NCBI GenBank assembly: GCA_973895155.1
Contig: OZ316891.1
Coordinates: 11,099,875 to 11,163,874, forward strand
Origin: Marsupella aquatica
Lineage: Eukaryota > Plantae > Marchantiophyta
DNA: 64,000 nucleotides
Direction: 5' to 3'
Shown: positions 26,701 through 41,243 of the stretch, piece by piece
Position numbering within the stretch: position 1 is the stretch's first letter
How the letters are laid out: each line of letters starts with the position of its first letter
Position numbers and translations under genes: made by a program
The notes under the pieces: model-generated
Database searches by the model: none
Told to the model about the DNA's origin: nothing
What the model saw: the letters and a program-made list of their open reading frames with translations, nothing else

Positions 26701-29556
26701 TTCTTCCATGGACTCCGTCCTGTCATGAGCATCTCCCCTCTCCCAACCCTTCTCCTCAGCTCTCCCGTTCCTGGTTTCCCCTCTCCCTTGCCTAAAGTGA
26801 CCTGCTCACCCCAACACAGGCACCTAAGGCTGACTGTGTAGAGCCGCCTCACCTCGTGCTTGCCTCCCAATATTGGACCCCCTCCTAGCAGTATTGCACT
26901 GCCATAGAAAGATGGAATAGAAATCCCATGGCTGGCATGAGTTCCTGTCCAAAATGCATTTATTTGATGGTAGGTCTATAGGAACTACAGTAGATCAAAT
27001 AATAAAGAAATAACATTATATTGAAACTGAAGGTCTTCCTTTATGATGAAAAATTCAGGTTCACACAGATAACAAGATTGCAACAACCCTTTCATGGACT
27101 GTTCAAGCTCTATGGTCCAGAGTGGAACTTCTAGACTATGGATGTGGGGGTGTAATTGTGCAGGTGGGAAATAAGGACCAGGGGCAAGGTGCGTCTTTGA
27201 GAATGGTGCAGTTTGTGAGTTTAGCATCACTTGAATCAAGGTGAGTCTGTGAGAATTGGCGTAACTTGTGAGGAGTCACTAGAACCAATTGAATGAAAAT
27301 CAGTAAACAATCAACCAGGCTTTGAATCTACTCACCTCTATCGTCGCCCATGAAAATCCTCACCCCTTTCCAGTTTCAAAGAACGAGCCATCGCATTCAT
27401 ATAAATAGGCCTTGCACTTATCACAGGATTGCAGTTACGCTAACGAGGTTGCAGTTCTCGCAAGGGCCGACTGCACCGCCTCGTTTAGCGGTTGGCCAAC
27501 GGGGAACCAACCCACCGGAGCATTTAGCGGACGGGAACTAGCCCACCGGACTACCGGAGCGTCATCCGGCGTCGGAGAGTCGACGGGAACGAGGTACACC
27601 GGCCATTACCGTAGTTCGTGCAGTGCTCTGGCAGAACGGCCGCGAAGGACGGGAATCACGGACGAAGCGACCATAGGAGACCGAAGACTCCGGAGGAGAG
27701 GAGAGGAGAGGAGAGGAGAGACTGGATGAGGAGAGAGGAGAGGAAGAAGAGAGGGTGGAGCACGAACGACGAAGGTGCATCGGCTCGTGCAGGTCTGCAG
27801 CCTGCATGCATGGCTGCTTTGCCTTGTATACAGTAGTTGTATAGCCCCCTTCTGACGCGATTCGATGGTACTCCTGGATCATGTGGACAATCTACCTAAA
27901 GAGTTTATGAGGCGGGCGGGAGGGGGTAGGTGCTCGGATTGGTGCACTCTAGCTATCTCGTTATTAATTAGGGAGTGACAGAGTGAATGCAACAATTGTC
28001 CCTCCCGCAACAGAACAAGCCGGAGATCGAGAGAGAGAGAGAGACAGTGATAGGTTCTTGTTCTTTGATGGGTTTGCGGGCGTCTCAAGTTTAGTGGGGG
28101 ATCAGTTCATGGATTCTGATTCCGTTGCTTATAAGCTCGCTCTATTCCTTTTGGGGGAGATTGACGATAGGCATCGAGTCGTCCGGAGTCTCTCTTGGCG
28201 AGGGCGCTAGAGGAGACCGAGGATCTAGTAGTGTAGAGACAGACAGACACGGGCTTGCAGCAGTGGCAGGGTTGAGGGTAGGACGCTTCGAGAAATAATC
28301 TGCCGATCAAGTAGAGAGGTACGGCGGAATTAATAGGAGGGCCGTACTTTCGTGTGGAATCAAGTTTCAATTGAAATAATATGCTTCGTGGAGGGAGAGG
28401 GGAGGACGAGTAATGTTGTAGCGGAGTGCGATTCGAATCGATGGACTTGCTTGGCCATTTCCGTGTTGAATGTGTGTGGGGGCTATGATTGCGAGTATAT
28501 GGTGGTCAGGGGTGTGTAGAGATTATATTAGTACCTAACCAACAGTACCACCACCACCACCACCAGGCAAATAGCGAATGGTCAAGTTGGCAGCTGTGCC
28601 GTGCTTCCGAAAGTAAGTTGCCGTTGCCTGCAGCAGTGCGGTGCAGTGCGCGGTGTTGATGTTGGTAGCTGACAAGTGCATACCTTCAAATGTAGAGCGA
28701 CCTGCATACGTCTTCTATCCATCTACAGCCTGTCTTCCAAAAGGGATCTTACCATTGTGTGTAAAAGAGGTTGGAAAAGGGAGGGAGACGAGAGACTCTC
28801 CGTAGAGCGAAGGGGTAATACGGAATTTCCAAAGAAGTCATAAAGAAGGTTAGATCGCCAATTAATATCGCCTGTGCGGCATCTACCACAAGGTTCAGGG
28901 CCATTTATATCGTTGTCCGGCCCCTCCACATCTCTGAAGCACATCCCTCTCGGAGTCTCGTCTCTTTTCTTATAACACTGTACACTCATTAATCTGCCTT
29001 CAATATTCAGTTCGAGTCTCGTTTCCGCTACTGTACAACTTCCAGGATATCGCCCACTCTCAAGGAGATATATTTTTGAGAAGAGAGGCTATGGTGCTCA
29101 GTTTAGCTCGTGTCGCACGTATCGGCGGTATTGAACCTCGTCAACTGCAGGACCCTATCGCACCAGGCTTATTAATCATATTCGAGTATCCTGCCTTCTT
29201 GAGCCCCCCTTGAGCTGGAGGACGGCCTGATAGTGTCGTCCATTTCTGTCTGCTGGCAGAATGATGTTCTCGATGGTTTAGGCAATGTTAGTGAAGTGGC
29301 AGAGTGCGGAGGAGCTGAGGTCTTCCTGGCAGTGTAGGGAGGTTTGTGGTGATTTGGTGGGCAAGTGCGCTCGCTGCTCCTTGTTCGTGGTGTTTATTGA
29401 CTGCGGGATGCTCTAAAACGTTTCAGTTTCTTTTTCGAGCAAAGAGCTCGGTGAAGGAGGAGCAAAGCAAGGGAGGGGCGGGCGAAGTACATTGTCTCGC
29501 GCGCCCTTACCTTGAAATTGGCAGTTGCCGAGGGTGCTGGTGATAAATTTTTCGAA

Positions 29557-31188
29557 ATGGCGGTACATGAGCAGAATGGGGTGCACGAGGAGGTGCAAAA
29601 TGGAGAGAAGGTTTCTTCTACTGAGGAGAATGTGCCGTTGCTGAAGGGTGTAAAGTGGATTTCTGCTGGTGGAAATCCTGCCATAGCAATCAAGATCAGG
29701 CAACGACTTCCGGATTTCCTTCAATCGGTCAATCTCAAGTACGTCAAATTAGGTTACCACTACGTGATGACCCACGCCATGTACCTCTTGATGATTCCTT
29801 TGCTCATGGCCGTGGCAGCTGAGATAGGTAGACTGGGGCTGGACGACATTGGGCAACTGTGGGAGCACTTGCAATTCAATCTTGTTAGTGTTCTTTTGTG
29901 CTCCGGTGCCCTCGTCTTTGGAGGCACGCTCTACTTCATGAGCTGCCCAAGGCCCGTCTATCTTGTGGATTTCGCATGCTACAAGCCGGGCGATGAAAGA
30001 AAGTGCACATTCCAGTTTTTCACATCCCTGTCAGCGAAGATCGGAGTTTTCAATGAGAAGAGCTTGGATTTCCAAAGGAAGATTTTGGAAAGATCGGGCT
30101 TGGGTCAAGATACTTATCTACCCAAGGCCGTCATGAGTGAACCTCCTACCCCGTGCATGGCTGCTGCGAGGGACGAGGCCGAGGCTGTCATGTTTGGCGC
30201 TTTGGACGAGCTGTTCGAAAAGAGTGGTGTAAAGCCCAAAGAGATCGGTATCCTGGTCGTGAACTGCAGTCTCTTCAACCCCACTCCCTCGCTCTCGGCG
30301 ATGATCGTCAATCATTACAAGATGAGGGGCAACGTGAAGTCGTTAAATTTGGGAGGCATGGGTTGCAGTGCTGGAATCATTTCCATTGATCTTGCCAAGG
30401 ATTTACTGCAATTACACGGAAGTACATACGCCGTAGTCGTGAGCATGGAGAATATCACACTGAACTGGTACCTGGGCAATGACCGATCAAAAATGCTGTC
30501 GAACTGCATTTTCCGCATGGGCGGTGCTGCAATTCTCCTCTCCAACAAAAGGAAAGAGAGGAGGCGAGCAAAGTACGAATTGGTCCACACCGTGAGAACT
30601 CACAAAGGCGCCGACCCCAAGTGCTTTTCTTGCGTCGTTCAAGAAGAGGATGTGAACGGAAAGATTGGCGTGACCTTGTCGAGGGATTTGATGAGCGTCG
30701 CAGGAGACGCATTGAAGGCTAATATCACCACGTTGGGACCTCTAGTGCTCCCGTTCTCGGAACAGCTCCTCTTCTTCGCAACTCTAGTCGGCAGGAAGTG
30801 GCTTAACATGAAGATCAAACCTTACATCCCAGACTTCAAGCTGGCTTTCGAGCATTTTTGCATCCATGCCGGTGGCAGAGCCGTCCTGGATGAGCTGGAG
30901 AAGAATTTGAATCTCACTCCCTGGCACATGGAGCCGTCCCGGATGACCCTCCATCGTTTCGGTAACACGTCCAGTAGCTCGTTGTGGTATGAGCTGGCCT
31001 ACACGGAAGCCAAGGGGAGGGTAAGCAAAGGCGATCGGCTGTGGCAAATTGCTTTCGGTTCGGGCTTTAAGTGTAACAGCGCTGTCTGGCGTGCTCTCCG
31101 GACTGTGAAGTCTCCTAAGAGGAATCCATGGGCCGACGATATCTATAAGTATCCGGTTGAAGTTCCAGATTTTACGAGCGCTCTTTAG
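29557..31188 (+). CDS. KCS: 3-ketoacyl-CoA synthase (FAE1/KCS very-long-chain fatty acid elongase condensing enzyme), 543 aa, intronless CDS
   Basis: ATG at 29557. It contains [19 protein letters not shown], two N-terminal TM helices, [11 protein letters not shown] and [14 protein letters not shown]. The catalytic motifs [18 protein letters not shown] and FGNTSSSS are intact, followed by [15 protein letters not shown]. Confidence 0.97.
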   Translation: MAVHEQNGVHEEVQNGEKVSSTEENVPLLKGVKWISAGGNPAIAIKIRQRLPDFLQSVNLKYVKLGYHYVMTHAMYLLMIPLLMAVAAEIGRLGLDDIGQLWEHLQFNLVSVLLCSGALVFGGTLYFMSCPRPVYLVDFACYKPGDERKCTFQFFTSLSAKIGVFNEKSLDFQRKILERSGLGQDTYLPKAVMSEPPTPCMAAARDEAEAVMFGALDELFEKSGVKPKEIGILVVNCSLFNPTPSLSAMIVNHYKMRGNVKSLNLGGMGCSAGIISIDLAKDLLQLHGSTYAVVVSMENITLNWYLGNDRSKMLSNCIFRMGGAAILLSNKRKERRRAKYELVHTVRTHKGADPKCFSCVVQEEDVNGKIGVTLSRDLMSVAGDALKANITTLGPLVLPFSEQLLFFATLVGRKWLNMKIKPYIPDFKLAFEHFCIHAGGRAVLDELEKNLNLTPWHMEPSRMTLHRFGNTSSSSLWYELAYTEAKGRVSKGDRLWQIAFGSGFKCNSAVWRALRTVKSPKRNPWADDIYKYPVEVPDFTSAL

Positions 31189-33977
31189 ACGATGGTCTGC
31201 GATTGACACCATCGAAGAGTCGCCCTTATGAGTGATCGTAAGTGTATACGTTGTTCTCTGCCGTGCCATTTAATCAGCCAGCGAAAGCAAAATTGCTTCA
31301 TTTCTCGTCAAAGTTCCAATGTTTCGAGGAATCGTCTCTCATTGTTCATCCGTTCATTTCAAGACGGGCCTTGTTTGTTCTGTTGGAGTTGGTAACCAAG
31401 GTGACAGATTAAGCTAAGTTCAATTCAGCTCACCTCCGTCTATGAACTTTGGCGTCTAACACTTCAATCGTCCAACAATAAAAGCTTCCATTGCTTCCCC
31501 TCCTAGCACTACGTTCTATGTTATCTCGGTCGTGTGCATCACGATAGTTTTCTCACCCCTGGCTCCACATTAATTCTCCTTGGGTCACATCCCCAAACTG
31601 AGACTTCAGGTCAGTTCGGTGTCTGCTGCTTCGGTTTCCGTTAAGTTATTAGACGCTACTCCTTCACAGCCCGATCCTTTTGAATTGAAGGAGGACGTCC
31701 TTTTTCGGACTTGGAGAGAGGAACGACACACTTTCCACATGACCGTTAGGGTCTGTTGACGCAATGTTCGGGAAGAGTAAAGCAGGAGCTTTGACTAACG
31801 GCGAAAAGTTCGTTTTTTGCTTTGGGCGAAAGGAAGATTATTGGGAAGTAAAAAGTCGACGGAAAACCACTCGGCATAGGCTCTTGAGATGCGATCCAGA
31901 TAGCATGATGAGGACATACAGGGAAGGACCGAATCATCTCCTGAGAGTTGTTTTCGGTTATACTGCATGTGTTGCATGTGTTGTCCGGGGAGCACAAGCG
32001 GCAACTTTTTACGGGCATGGGCCGAATTTGTATGTGGACGCTTTTGCTGCTCTCTCCTTCCCTTCCCTTTCATGTCTCTTGTCGGTGTCCCGACCTCGAG
32101 AAGGGCGAGCCCAAGGGTGAAGTGGGATTGATTGGGGCCTACCTACCAGGACCAGTTTGGGTTGTCACAGCTATCCAGCTGTTCGTTTCAAGAAGACGCC
32201 ATGAGCTTCCAGTGAAAGCCGTCCCGAAAAGAGGTGGAGACATGAGGGTGGATTGGCCCAGGCAAAGGGAGGTGGGAAAGAACTCTACAGAAACAGCCTC
32301 CCCGGGCCCCAGCCTCCTCTTTGGCTCTCTTGTTGTCGTGCATGTTTTCTTTCCTGTCCCCTTCGCAGCTGCCAGTCCGGGAGGGTCGTCGCACGGTCTC
32401 ACTAAGTGCGTCAAGAAGCAGTGCTGAACGTGCGATTTGCAGTGGCGATTTGCAGTGGGTCCTCGAACCAGAAGGTGCTTTCGGTCGTGCGCGGCGACTG
32501 CTCGTCCGCTTCGCTTCCGCTGCGCTTTTAGCCAGACGGCATCATTTTTTTCCCGTTCTTGCGCTTCCCGATCACGGTGACGAGATTTGAAATTTTGTTC
32601 TCGGTCCCCTTGTAGTTTAAATTGGCCCAGCGATATGATGCTGGATTGCCCTCCCTTTCTAGAATTTGACAGTGAAATTTCACGATCTTGTAATAAAATT
32701 ATGAAGGCTGGCGACCGTCAGACGGCGGATGCTAGCCGGAATATAGGTAAATGCATGCTACCGCAAACGGTTCTATCATATTGCTGATTCGCTCGAGTTG
32801 TCTGATCGACTCGGCTGAACACTGCACTTAAGCACTCATGAACTCTTGACCTGCCTGGCGTCTTTGGATGGTTTGGGTCGTCAGCTAGATCCATCCAAAT
32901 TAAGGAATGATCTCATTTGGATCTGTTCCCTTATATGTGACCCGCTAATTGGCACTCAGCATTACTGGTCTTCAATTCTTCTGGTGATGAAGGGTTTAAC
33001 ATTCATTTCTCGTTCTCGGTCTAGCTTCTGTTCGCAGTAGCTTCATTCATAAACGTTGTGTTCGCAGTTAAGGTTCGACTCTACTGCTTATGTGTCTCGT
33101 GAAAGGTCCTTCGCTCGATCGGTGACCATGCGAGAGACCTTGGGGATCCCGAAGTGTACTTTCAACAACAATCGGCGATGTTTGTTTACACTCCGAGCAC
33201 TTTCTCAATTTCACAGTGATCTCATGACAACGACCTGATTCGAACTGTTTGATTGCAATCTCGAGGAATTTTCTTGCCGGGGAAGACATATTTTATGATA
33301 CAATCAAGTTCTAGAGGATTCTGCCAACGAAAGACGAACATCGCCCATCTTAGGACTGCACTCAATTCCGTCCCTGCGCATCCAATCTGGGTGGTGGATC
33401 ATTCGCATCACCTGGACTGCCCTTTCTAGCTCGTTTTCCAAAGTAGAGGCTGGTGAATGGGGTTAATGCGTCTTTCCATCTGGTTGGCGTGATTCCTGCC
33501 CAAGCTGCACTGTACACAATTGACATCCACTAGATCTCAAATCTCACTGTACATAACTTTTTCCCAGATCCCAGCTAACAATTCCTTCCGCGGACCGGTG
33601 AGGGGTGAAGCACTTCTACTCCTTTGATAATTGATATGTATGAGTTACCGTTCTAGTGAAGCGAAGCGGTCAGACAATGAGTAAGGTCCGTAATGAGCTG
33701 TCGATCAAACTGATTTCTCCTCGAGTAACGCGACATGTTGAGGGAGAGCCAGCAATGAACTATCAATAATGAGCTACACGAGGGAGCTCATGACCAGGCG
33801 TGCTAGAATGCTGTAGCGTCGACCGTCTGGTACGTAAACCAAGTCTTCCTGCAGTCTCATCAATTTTCGTACGATAACGTGACCGTAGTTATTATACTAT
33901 CATCGATCGACCTTCGAGAACAGACAGCCCATCTGATTATCTTTCCTTCGTTGCCAAGGACTACCGTCAGTCCCTCA

Positions 33978-34680
33978 CTGCCTTTAAACCACTGCTAGCC
34001 ATGACAAAAGAGTATTACAATGTCTCACGGCCTTTAAATCACTGCTAGCCATGCCTTTAAATCACCACTACGGTAGCCATGACAAAAACCTGGTTACACC
34101 AGGTTTCACCATAAATAATATCATTTTTTAAATTTGTGGAACAATATGGAACTGGAGAAGAGAAGACAGAGACTGAGACTAATATCATTTTTAAAATTTG
34201 TCGAGCAATATGGAACTGGAGAAGAGAAGAGAAGACTGAAACAATGAGGGGAAGAATGAGACTATGAGACCATTTCCTGAATTATTTGTGGAGCAATATG
34301 GAATGGGAGAAGAAAAGAATGAGGAAGAATTTGTGGAGCAACATGGAACTGGAGAAGAGAAGAATGAGAGGAAGTGCAAAAGAGAGGTCTTGGACACTTC
34401 CTCCTTTTATATGGCTAGTGGCAGTTTAACTACCACTAGCCATTACAAACCCTGGATCCATAGCCATGACAAAACCTGGATTTCACAAGGTTTCACCATA
34501 TATAGTTAATTTCCTGAATTTGTGGAGTAAAATGGAGGGGGAGGAGAAAAACGAGTGGAATGTATATACAGTGCTTTTCCTGAATTTGTGAAGCAAAATG
34601 GTGGGGGCAAGAGACAAATGAGTGGAATGTGAAAACGAAAGAAGTCTTGTACACTTTCCCCTTTTATATGGTCTGTGGCA
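33978..34680. repeat. Composite degenerate repeat (non-autonomous element-like)
   Basis: GCCTTTAAA.CACTGCTAGCCATG recurs at about 33980 and 34030. TAGCCATGACAAAA.CCTGG...AGGTTTCACCATA occurs at about 34075 and 34461. TTTGTGGA.CAATATGGAACTGGAGAAGAGAAG-like units occur 4 or more times in 34133-34363. Confidence 0.7.
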
Positions 34681-35194
34681 GTTTTAGAAGAAACTTGAAG
34701 TTTTCCAAGACCTGGGGACCCCTCAATTTGTAAGAGGAGGCTTTTGCAGGAACTTGGGGACATTGCTCTTTTCAGTGTTTTCAGTGGCAAAATTTGCTAG
34801 ATTCCACCTCTCCTAATAATTTTGGCCAGGTTTTCTGTCTCCCATGGTAACCAGTTTTCCTACTAGCCACAGGCCCAATCAGAATCCAATCATCCTCAAA
34901 TCTAAGGAGATTTGATGGTCAGACAATAATGGAGGATTTTCAGACAAGGAATGTTCTTAGCATTTCTTCTTCACACAAGGTGACATTTGCCACTCGTGAG
35001 AAAGAGAAAACCTTAAATATTAGGTGGCCCTTGTATGGGGCTTTACAAGAACTTGGGCATACAAATAAACCTTAAAGATTACGTTGCTTGCCCCCCCCCC
35101 CCCCCCTAGTCATCTCATGGTGCTTTACAAGAACTTGGGGATACAAACAGTCACTGTTCACCCGCTGTAAAAGTGAGGTCCATACAACACACTT

Positions 35195-35940
35195 TCCATG
35201 TTTATCCATTAAAAGCCAGGTCCACAGATACACTAGTGTTCAATGCCTGAGTCAAAAAGTGTCATGTCTGTGCAGAAAATAAATGCAAGACCCTGAATGA
35301 ACATGGAGTATACACTAAAGTAAAGTGGAAAAATAAATGCAAGATCCTGAATAAAAATAGTCATGGAATCTAGATTAAAGTCAAAGTGGAGAAAATCAAT
35401 AGAAGGCCCTGTAGAGAATGGAATCTACACTAAAATTTAGTGGAGAAATGAATGCAAGACCGGAATATAAATGAACTTAAAATGCCTCAATCAGGTCCAT
35501 TGCAGACACTATAAATAAAATGTAGCCAAAATGTGTCAGGTACTTGGGGGTTGCTAGTCTCATGACCAAACCTCCCTTTCGGGAATCCATTGGATTTACC
35601 CTGTTGGCACCTCGACTCTATTACAAGGTTCACAATCCTGTGCAATACTCCAATGCTCTTTTGCAGATGAAGGCACGCATGCCAACTTGTGAATGGAAAG
35701 GGCCTAACCACCAAACTCAAAGAGCCAGGTCCACTACATACACTAAAGTTAAAATGCTTAAACCCAAATATGTCAGATTTAGAGAAAATAGCAAGACTTT
35801 GAATGGAATTAGACTATAGCCTAAAGTTAACAAGCCAAGTCCATTACATATACTAAAGGAAAAATGCCTGAGCCAAAATGTGTCAAGTAGGGAGAAATAA
35901 GTACAACACCTTCAACAGAAATAGACTCTACACTAACGTT
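35195..35940. repeat. Degenerate array of short units (AAATGCAAGACC..GAAT / TACACTAAAGT)
   Basis: The motifs aaataaatgcaagac(c/t)ctgaat, tacactaaag and ccaggtccac(a/t)acatacacta recur several times at irregular spacing. Confidence 0.6.
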
Positions 35941-36415
35941 TGGACGCTGAGCCAACAGGTGTAGAGATTAATTGCAAAGAACTTTCAATAGAATTAGTTC
36001 TTGGACCCCCTACTTATATTGTTTATTGTTTACTAGGGTATTGTACCTCATCCATATTACACCAGTCAAATATTCAAGCCCACTTGTGGAAGGAGATCAA
36101 ATGGGTCATCCCTGCATATATTCATGATTGGCCTTTTGAGTTCATAACCTTACCATCAAATGAGTTCAACAGGGCGTCTCAAAGCTGACAATTTGATGGA
36201 CCTTAACTCCCTAGTTACAGGTTATGGACACAAAAAGTTAAAGACCACAAAATTCACAATTCATAACTTGCCATAAGGATTGGTCATATGCCTTTATCAT
36301 TAGTCAGTGTAGAGGCTGGTGAAAGAAAAAACAAAGGAAATATTTACATAACCTTGTGAAAAAGTTATGATCATTACTTTAATTTAATTTTGAGGTACAC
36401 AATATCATCAGTTAT

Positions 36416-36755
36416 TGTTAAACATAGATGGCAACGGCAAGCCCATGAACCATCCAACGCACAAGAGTCGACACAGAGAGATACGTGGTTCACCTCCACA
36501 TGAGGCTACATCCATGGGAACACACAAGAGCTTTACTGCACTCTAGGCCGACCGGCCATACCAAGCATCCACAGCACAAGCTCTCCCTATCTCTCAACTA
36601 GCTCCGTAACAATGAACCTAAGTTCCACCAGGGTCTGGCATCAGCCCTGGCTATATGCACAATAGCACTACCGCTAACATTAGCTAAGTCCTAACCCGAG
36701 TTAGACTAACTATAGTTAGCTCATGAGTCAACAAGACTAAGAGCAATATCTAACA
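36416..36755 (-). repeat. 3' LTR of the copia element
   Basis: Starts TGTTA and ends TAACA, adjoins the PPT, and aligns to 42700-43045 with 17 substitutions and one 6-bp indel (hand count). Confidence 0.96.
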
Positions 36756-36951
36756 AACTCCCCCTTGACTCTTGTCTTGGGGATTGGACTAAATGCTACC
36801 ATATGGAATCCTCAGCGGGAAGTTCTTGACAATCACCAAACCAGGTCTCCCCCTAAAAACCACAAGGGTTAACTAGAACTAAGTTGTAGCCAAATAGGAA
36901 TGAGTAATCCATATACAAATAGTCACACATTGCTAAATAACTCTACTTGCA

Positions 36952-39900
36952 CTACAATTGCAAAACCTGCAAAGTAGCAGGGTGTCTTGAGAAACTCTCC
37001 AAAGGAATCACTTTGGTAAAAGCATCCGTGGGATTGAGCTTTCCATCAATCTTGACTAGCTCAAAAGTTTTATCAGACACTGCTTGCCTGATAAAATGGT
37101 ACCTGATATCAATGTGCTTCACCCTGCTATCCATCACCTGGTTAGCAGCCAAGTGAAGAGCACTCTGACTATCACAGTTTAGAGTCATTTTGCCATGCTC
37201 TAAACCCATCTCCGCAATCAACGTGTCCAACCAAATTGCTTCCTTTGCTGCTTCTGCTGCTGCAACATACTCTACTTCTGTAGTAGACTGAGATATACAC
37301 TTCTGCAAGGTAGATTTCCAAATGATACATCCTCCTCCAAGAGTAAATACAAACCCAGTTGTAGACCTCCTTGTATCCAGACAGCCACCATAGTCAGAAT
37401 CTACATAGCCAACTAACGTTCTATCTGATCTGGCATCAAATAGTAATCCATAGTCCTATGTTCCCTTCACATACCTGAGAATCCACTTCACAGCTTCCCA
37501 ATGTACCTTCCCTGGATTTGACATGAATCTGCTAACCTTACCCATCGCTAGGGCCAAGTCAGGCCTAATACAAGTCATCAAATAAATCAGACTGCCTACT
37601 GCCATTTCATAAGGACTCTTAGTCATCAGACCTTTCTCCACAGCATCCGTAGGAGAGAAAGCCGATGATAACTTGAAATGTGAAGCTAAAGGAATACTCA
37701 CTCGCTTACAGTTTTCCATGTTGAATCGTGCAAGTACTTTTCCCGCATACTGGCCTTGACTCAAGCACAACTGTCCAGAATCAGAGTTCCTAAAAATCTC
37801 CATCCCTAAGATCCTCTTGGCCTTACCAAGATCCTTCATCCTGAATTCAGCACTCAATTTTGCCTCGAGACTGTCAACCTCAGATTAATCTTTAGCCACA
37901 ATCAGCATGTCATCCACATAGATCACCAGAATGATGAAACCAGATACATCATTCTTGATTGATTTTGTATACACACAAGGATTATACACCATCCTTGTAA
38001 AACCTTGAGCAAGCATGAAATCATCAAACCACTTGTTCCATTGTCTGGGAGACTACTTCAATCCATACGAGGACTTGAGCAATCTGCACACTAAGTTCTC
38101 TTGGCCCTTCTTCATAAAGCCTAGTGGCTGTCTCATGAAGATCAACTCTTCCAAGTTGCCATAGAGAAAAGCAGTAACAACATCTATCTGATCCATCACC
38201 AGACCAAAGACCAAAAAACACAACAAGTTGACACAAGATCCAAATTATGGAATACTTAGCCACTGGTGAAAAGACCTCATTGTAATCCACTCCTTTCTCC
38301 TGAGTGAATCCCTTGGCAACAAGCCTTGCCTTGTAGATCTTATCTCCACCCTCTGAAGGACTGTCCTTCAACTTGTAAATTCACTTGCTGTCCACCACTT
38401 GCTGACCTTTTGGAAGCTCCATCAGCTCCCACATCTTGTTGTCACTCAAAGATTGTAACTCCCTCTGTATTGTTGCATTCCACTCATGCTTCTGCTCTGA
38501 AGCACAAGCCTCACTGTACAAAAAAGGCTCTCCTTCTTCCAAGATCAAAGCCATGTCATCATCATCAGGTGCAATGTCAATATCATCTAGCTTAGATGAG
38601 TATGCCCATTGACCATACCTGGTAGGAGCTCTAGTAGAACGACTGGAAGTTCTTCTAGTAGATGATTCAGGTTGATCTGCTGCTGCTGGTTGAATTTGAG
38701 GTACCCCAACAACAATCTGCTGCTCTTGTTCCATCACAAGAACCATCTCCAAGCCCGAAGCTTCTCCATCTCTCCTCTCATGAATTGCATCATGACTAAT
38801 CTCCCCCTCAACCCGGTCTGGGATGGGAGATTTCCCTTTGTCAGTATGGGAGTCCTGAGAACTCTCCCCCTCCTTTGATGATCTGGACTCATTAAAGGAC
38901 ACATCTCTACTGACAATTAGTTTACAGGTTACTGGATCCCATAACCTGTAACCATTCACACCTTTCTGATAGCCAAGGAAAATGCATTTCTTTGACTTGG
39001 ACTCCAGCTTGGATCGAAGCTGGAAAGGTGTAAGGACATAAGCATCACATCCAAAAATCCTCAGATGTGAGTAATCTGCTGGACACCCGTACCTCATTTC
39101 AAATGACATCTAGAATCCAATAGAACTAGATGGAGAAAAATTTACCAAATAAGCTGTAGTGTTGATAACTTCAGCCCAAAACTCATGTGGTAAGCATGAT
39201 TGACTCAACATACTCCTTGAGCGGTCCAATAGTGTTTGGTTGAGTCTCTCAGAAACACCATTATGTTGAGGAGTATAACTTGTTGTGAGATGGCGGGTAA
39301 TTCCCTGCTCCTTACAATATGTTCCAAATTCCCCGGAACTGTATTCACCGTCGTTATCCGATCGAAGATATCTCACCTTATTACCAGTCTGATTCTCAAC
39401 TTGGGCTTTCCACTCCTTAAAAGTGGCAAAAATATCAGACTTATTGTGTAGAAAGTATATCCATACATACCTTGAGTAATCATCTATATATGACCGTGAC
39501 ATAGTATAACCGTCCAGAATGTGAGGGAGTAGGGGCTGGACCCCACACATCACTATGTACATACTCAAGTACCTCCTTGCTGGTGTGAGTTCCAACTCCG
39601 AAGGGTTTCCTGTGCTGCTTCCCTAGCACACAGTGCTCACTAAATTCCAACTTACAAGATTGTAAATTAGAAAGTAATCCTTTCTTCTGAAGAATAACCA
39701 AACCTTTTTCACTCATATGACCCAAACGGAAGTGTCACAGCCGGGCCGTCTCCTCATGAGATAAGGTTACATTGGCTTCATCACAAACTACACTGCCCTA
39801 CAAAACGTATAGATTGCTATATCTCTTTCCCTTCAGTACAACTTTAGTACCAGTTGAAACCTGAAGGACACCATTAGCAGAACTCCATTGATGGCCATTT

Positions 39901-41243
39901 GCTTCTAAAACTCCAAGTGAAATGAGATTTCTCATCATGCTGGAAATATGTCTCACATTCCTCAACGTTCTCACAGCACCATCAAACATCTGAAATCTAA
40001 CAGATCCAAGTCCAACAACTTGACATGGGATTCCATTTCCCATCAACACTGAACCATTGCAATCCGTGTAAGAACTGAAAAAATCTCTCCTAGAGCAAAT
40101 GTGAAAAGTACATGCACTATCTAGAATCCAGTCATCACTACTTGGATTTGACACTACGTTGAGAGCATAACCTAGACATCACAATATGTCATCATCATTG
40201 AGTAAATCTACCTCATGCGAGCTCGATGCCGTATTAGCAGATGCAATAGGGACCTTTACTCGATAATCCCTTTTCATGTGGCCAGGCTTGCCACAATTCC
40301 AACATGCAAGAGGCTTCCTCTCTTGCGATTTCCCTCTGGATTTAGATCTTTCACGTGATGTAGATCTAAATCTGTTATGTCCATTTGTGCGCTGCGCTTG
40401 TCTTCCCCGGTTCACGTTCAACGCAGTGCCAAAAGAAGATGTTGTCTGTGATTGACCCAACTTCTTCTGAGCATCATCAGACAATAAAGAGCTCACCACC
40501 TCTTTATACAAAATGGACTTCAGATCTCTATACAAGAGCACCTGTTTCAAGCCCTGATATGACAGCGGTAAGGAGCTTAGCAGAAGCAAGGCCTTATCCT
40601 CATCTTCAACTCTTTTTCCCAAGTTTGACAGATCCACTGCAAGACTGTCAAACTCATCCAGGTGATCCTGCATCTTGCTCCCTTCCTTGAGCCTGAGGCT
40701 CATCAAGAGAGACTTATTGTACAGCCGGTCTGACGCATCTTCCCGATAGTACCTCTCTCTTAGAGCCTTGAACAGTGACGTGCAATCTGCATAATCATCC
40801 AGCTGCTTGATGATGTGCGGCATGAGATATAGCATCACTACATTGACAACAATCACCTGCTCCTGTCTCCACTATCTTACAGAAATCTCCTCCTCACCAT
40901 CATACTGCTCTCGCGATGAAAGCAGATGAGCTAAGCCCATGGCCCAAAGAACACCCTTCACTTGCTTCTCCCACAGCAAGTAATCAGTACGACCATCGTA
41001 CTTCTCCACCTCAAACTTCACTCCTCCAAATCTAGCCATCTCCCTCTTCTTTCCAACTACCGACAGCTCTGGTAGTAATACAGCTTCTTCCACTGCACGC
41101 CGCACCGGTGATCGTATCGGTGACACAAGTTCTTCCTCAAACGGTAGCAGCTCCTCCTTAGACTCTCCGTCTAACCGTCGCGATCCTGAAGCTCCACCAA
41201 CGCCAATTCTTCCAGTATCCTCCAAGTCACTCATATGAAACAA
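36952..41243 (-). pseudogene. Disrupted copia gag-pol polyprotein
   Basis: Fragments are gag (KFEVEKYDGRTDYLLW; zinc knuckle CWNCGKPGHMKRDY with the last Cys lost), protease (WILDSACTFHI), GAG-pre-integrase (GHMSEKGL), integrase (YVHSDVWGP, LRSDNDGEY, TPQHNGVSER), RT ([32 protein letters not shown]) and RNase H (SQSTTEVEYVA, CDSQSALHLA, KHIDIRYHFIR). Several in-frame stops and frameshifts interrupt them. Confidence 0.95.

Noticed and set aside
31746-32790. Cluster of 70-160 aa ORFs downstream of KCS
   Set aside because: ORFs occur on both strands with no motifs and no consistent splice model. A non-coding transcript cannot be excluded.
40155-40215. Programmed read-through or splicing at the in-frame TGA between copia gag and protease
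   Set aside because: The element has many other inactivating stops, and the candidate 40-nt intron is too short and would shift the frame. It cannot be told apart from decay without other copies.
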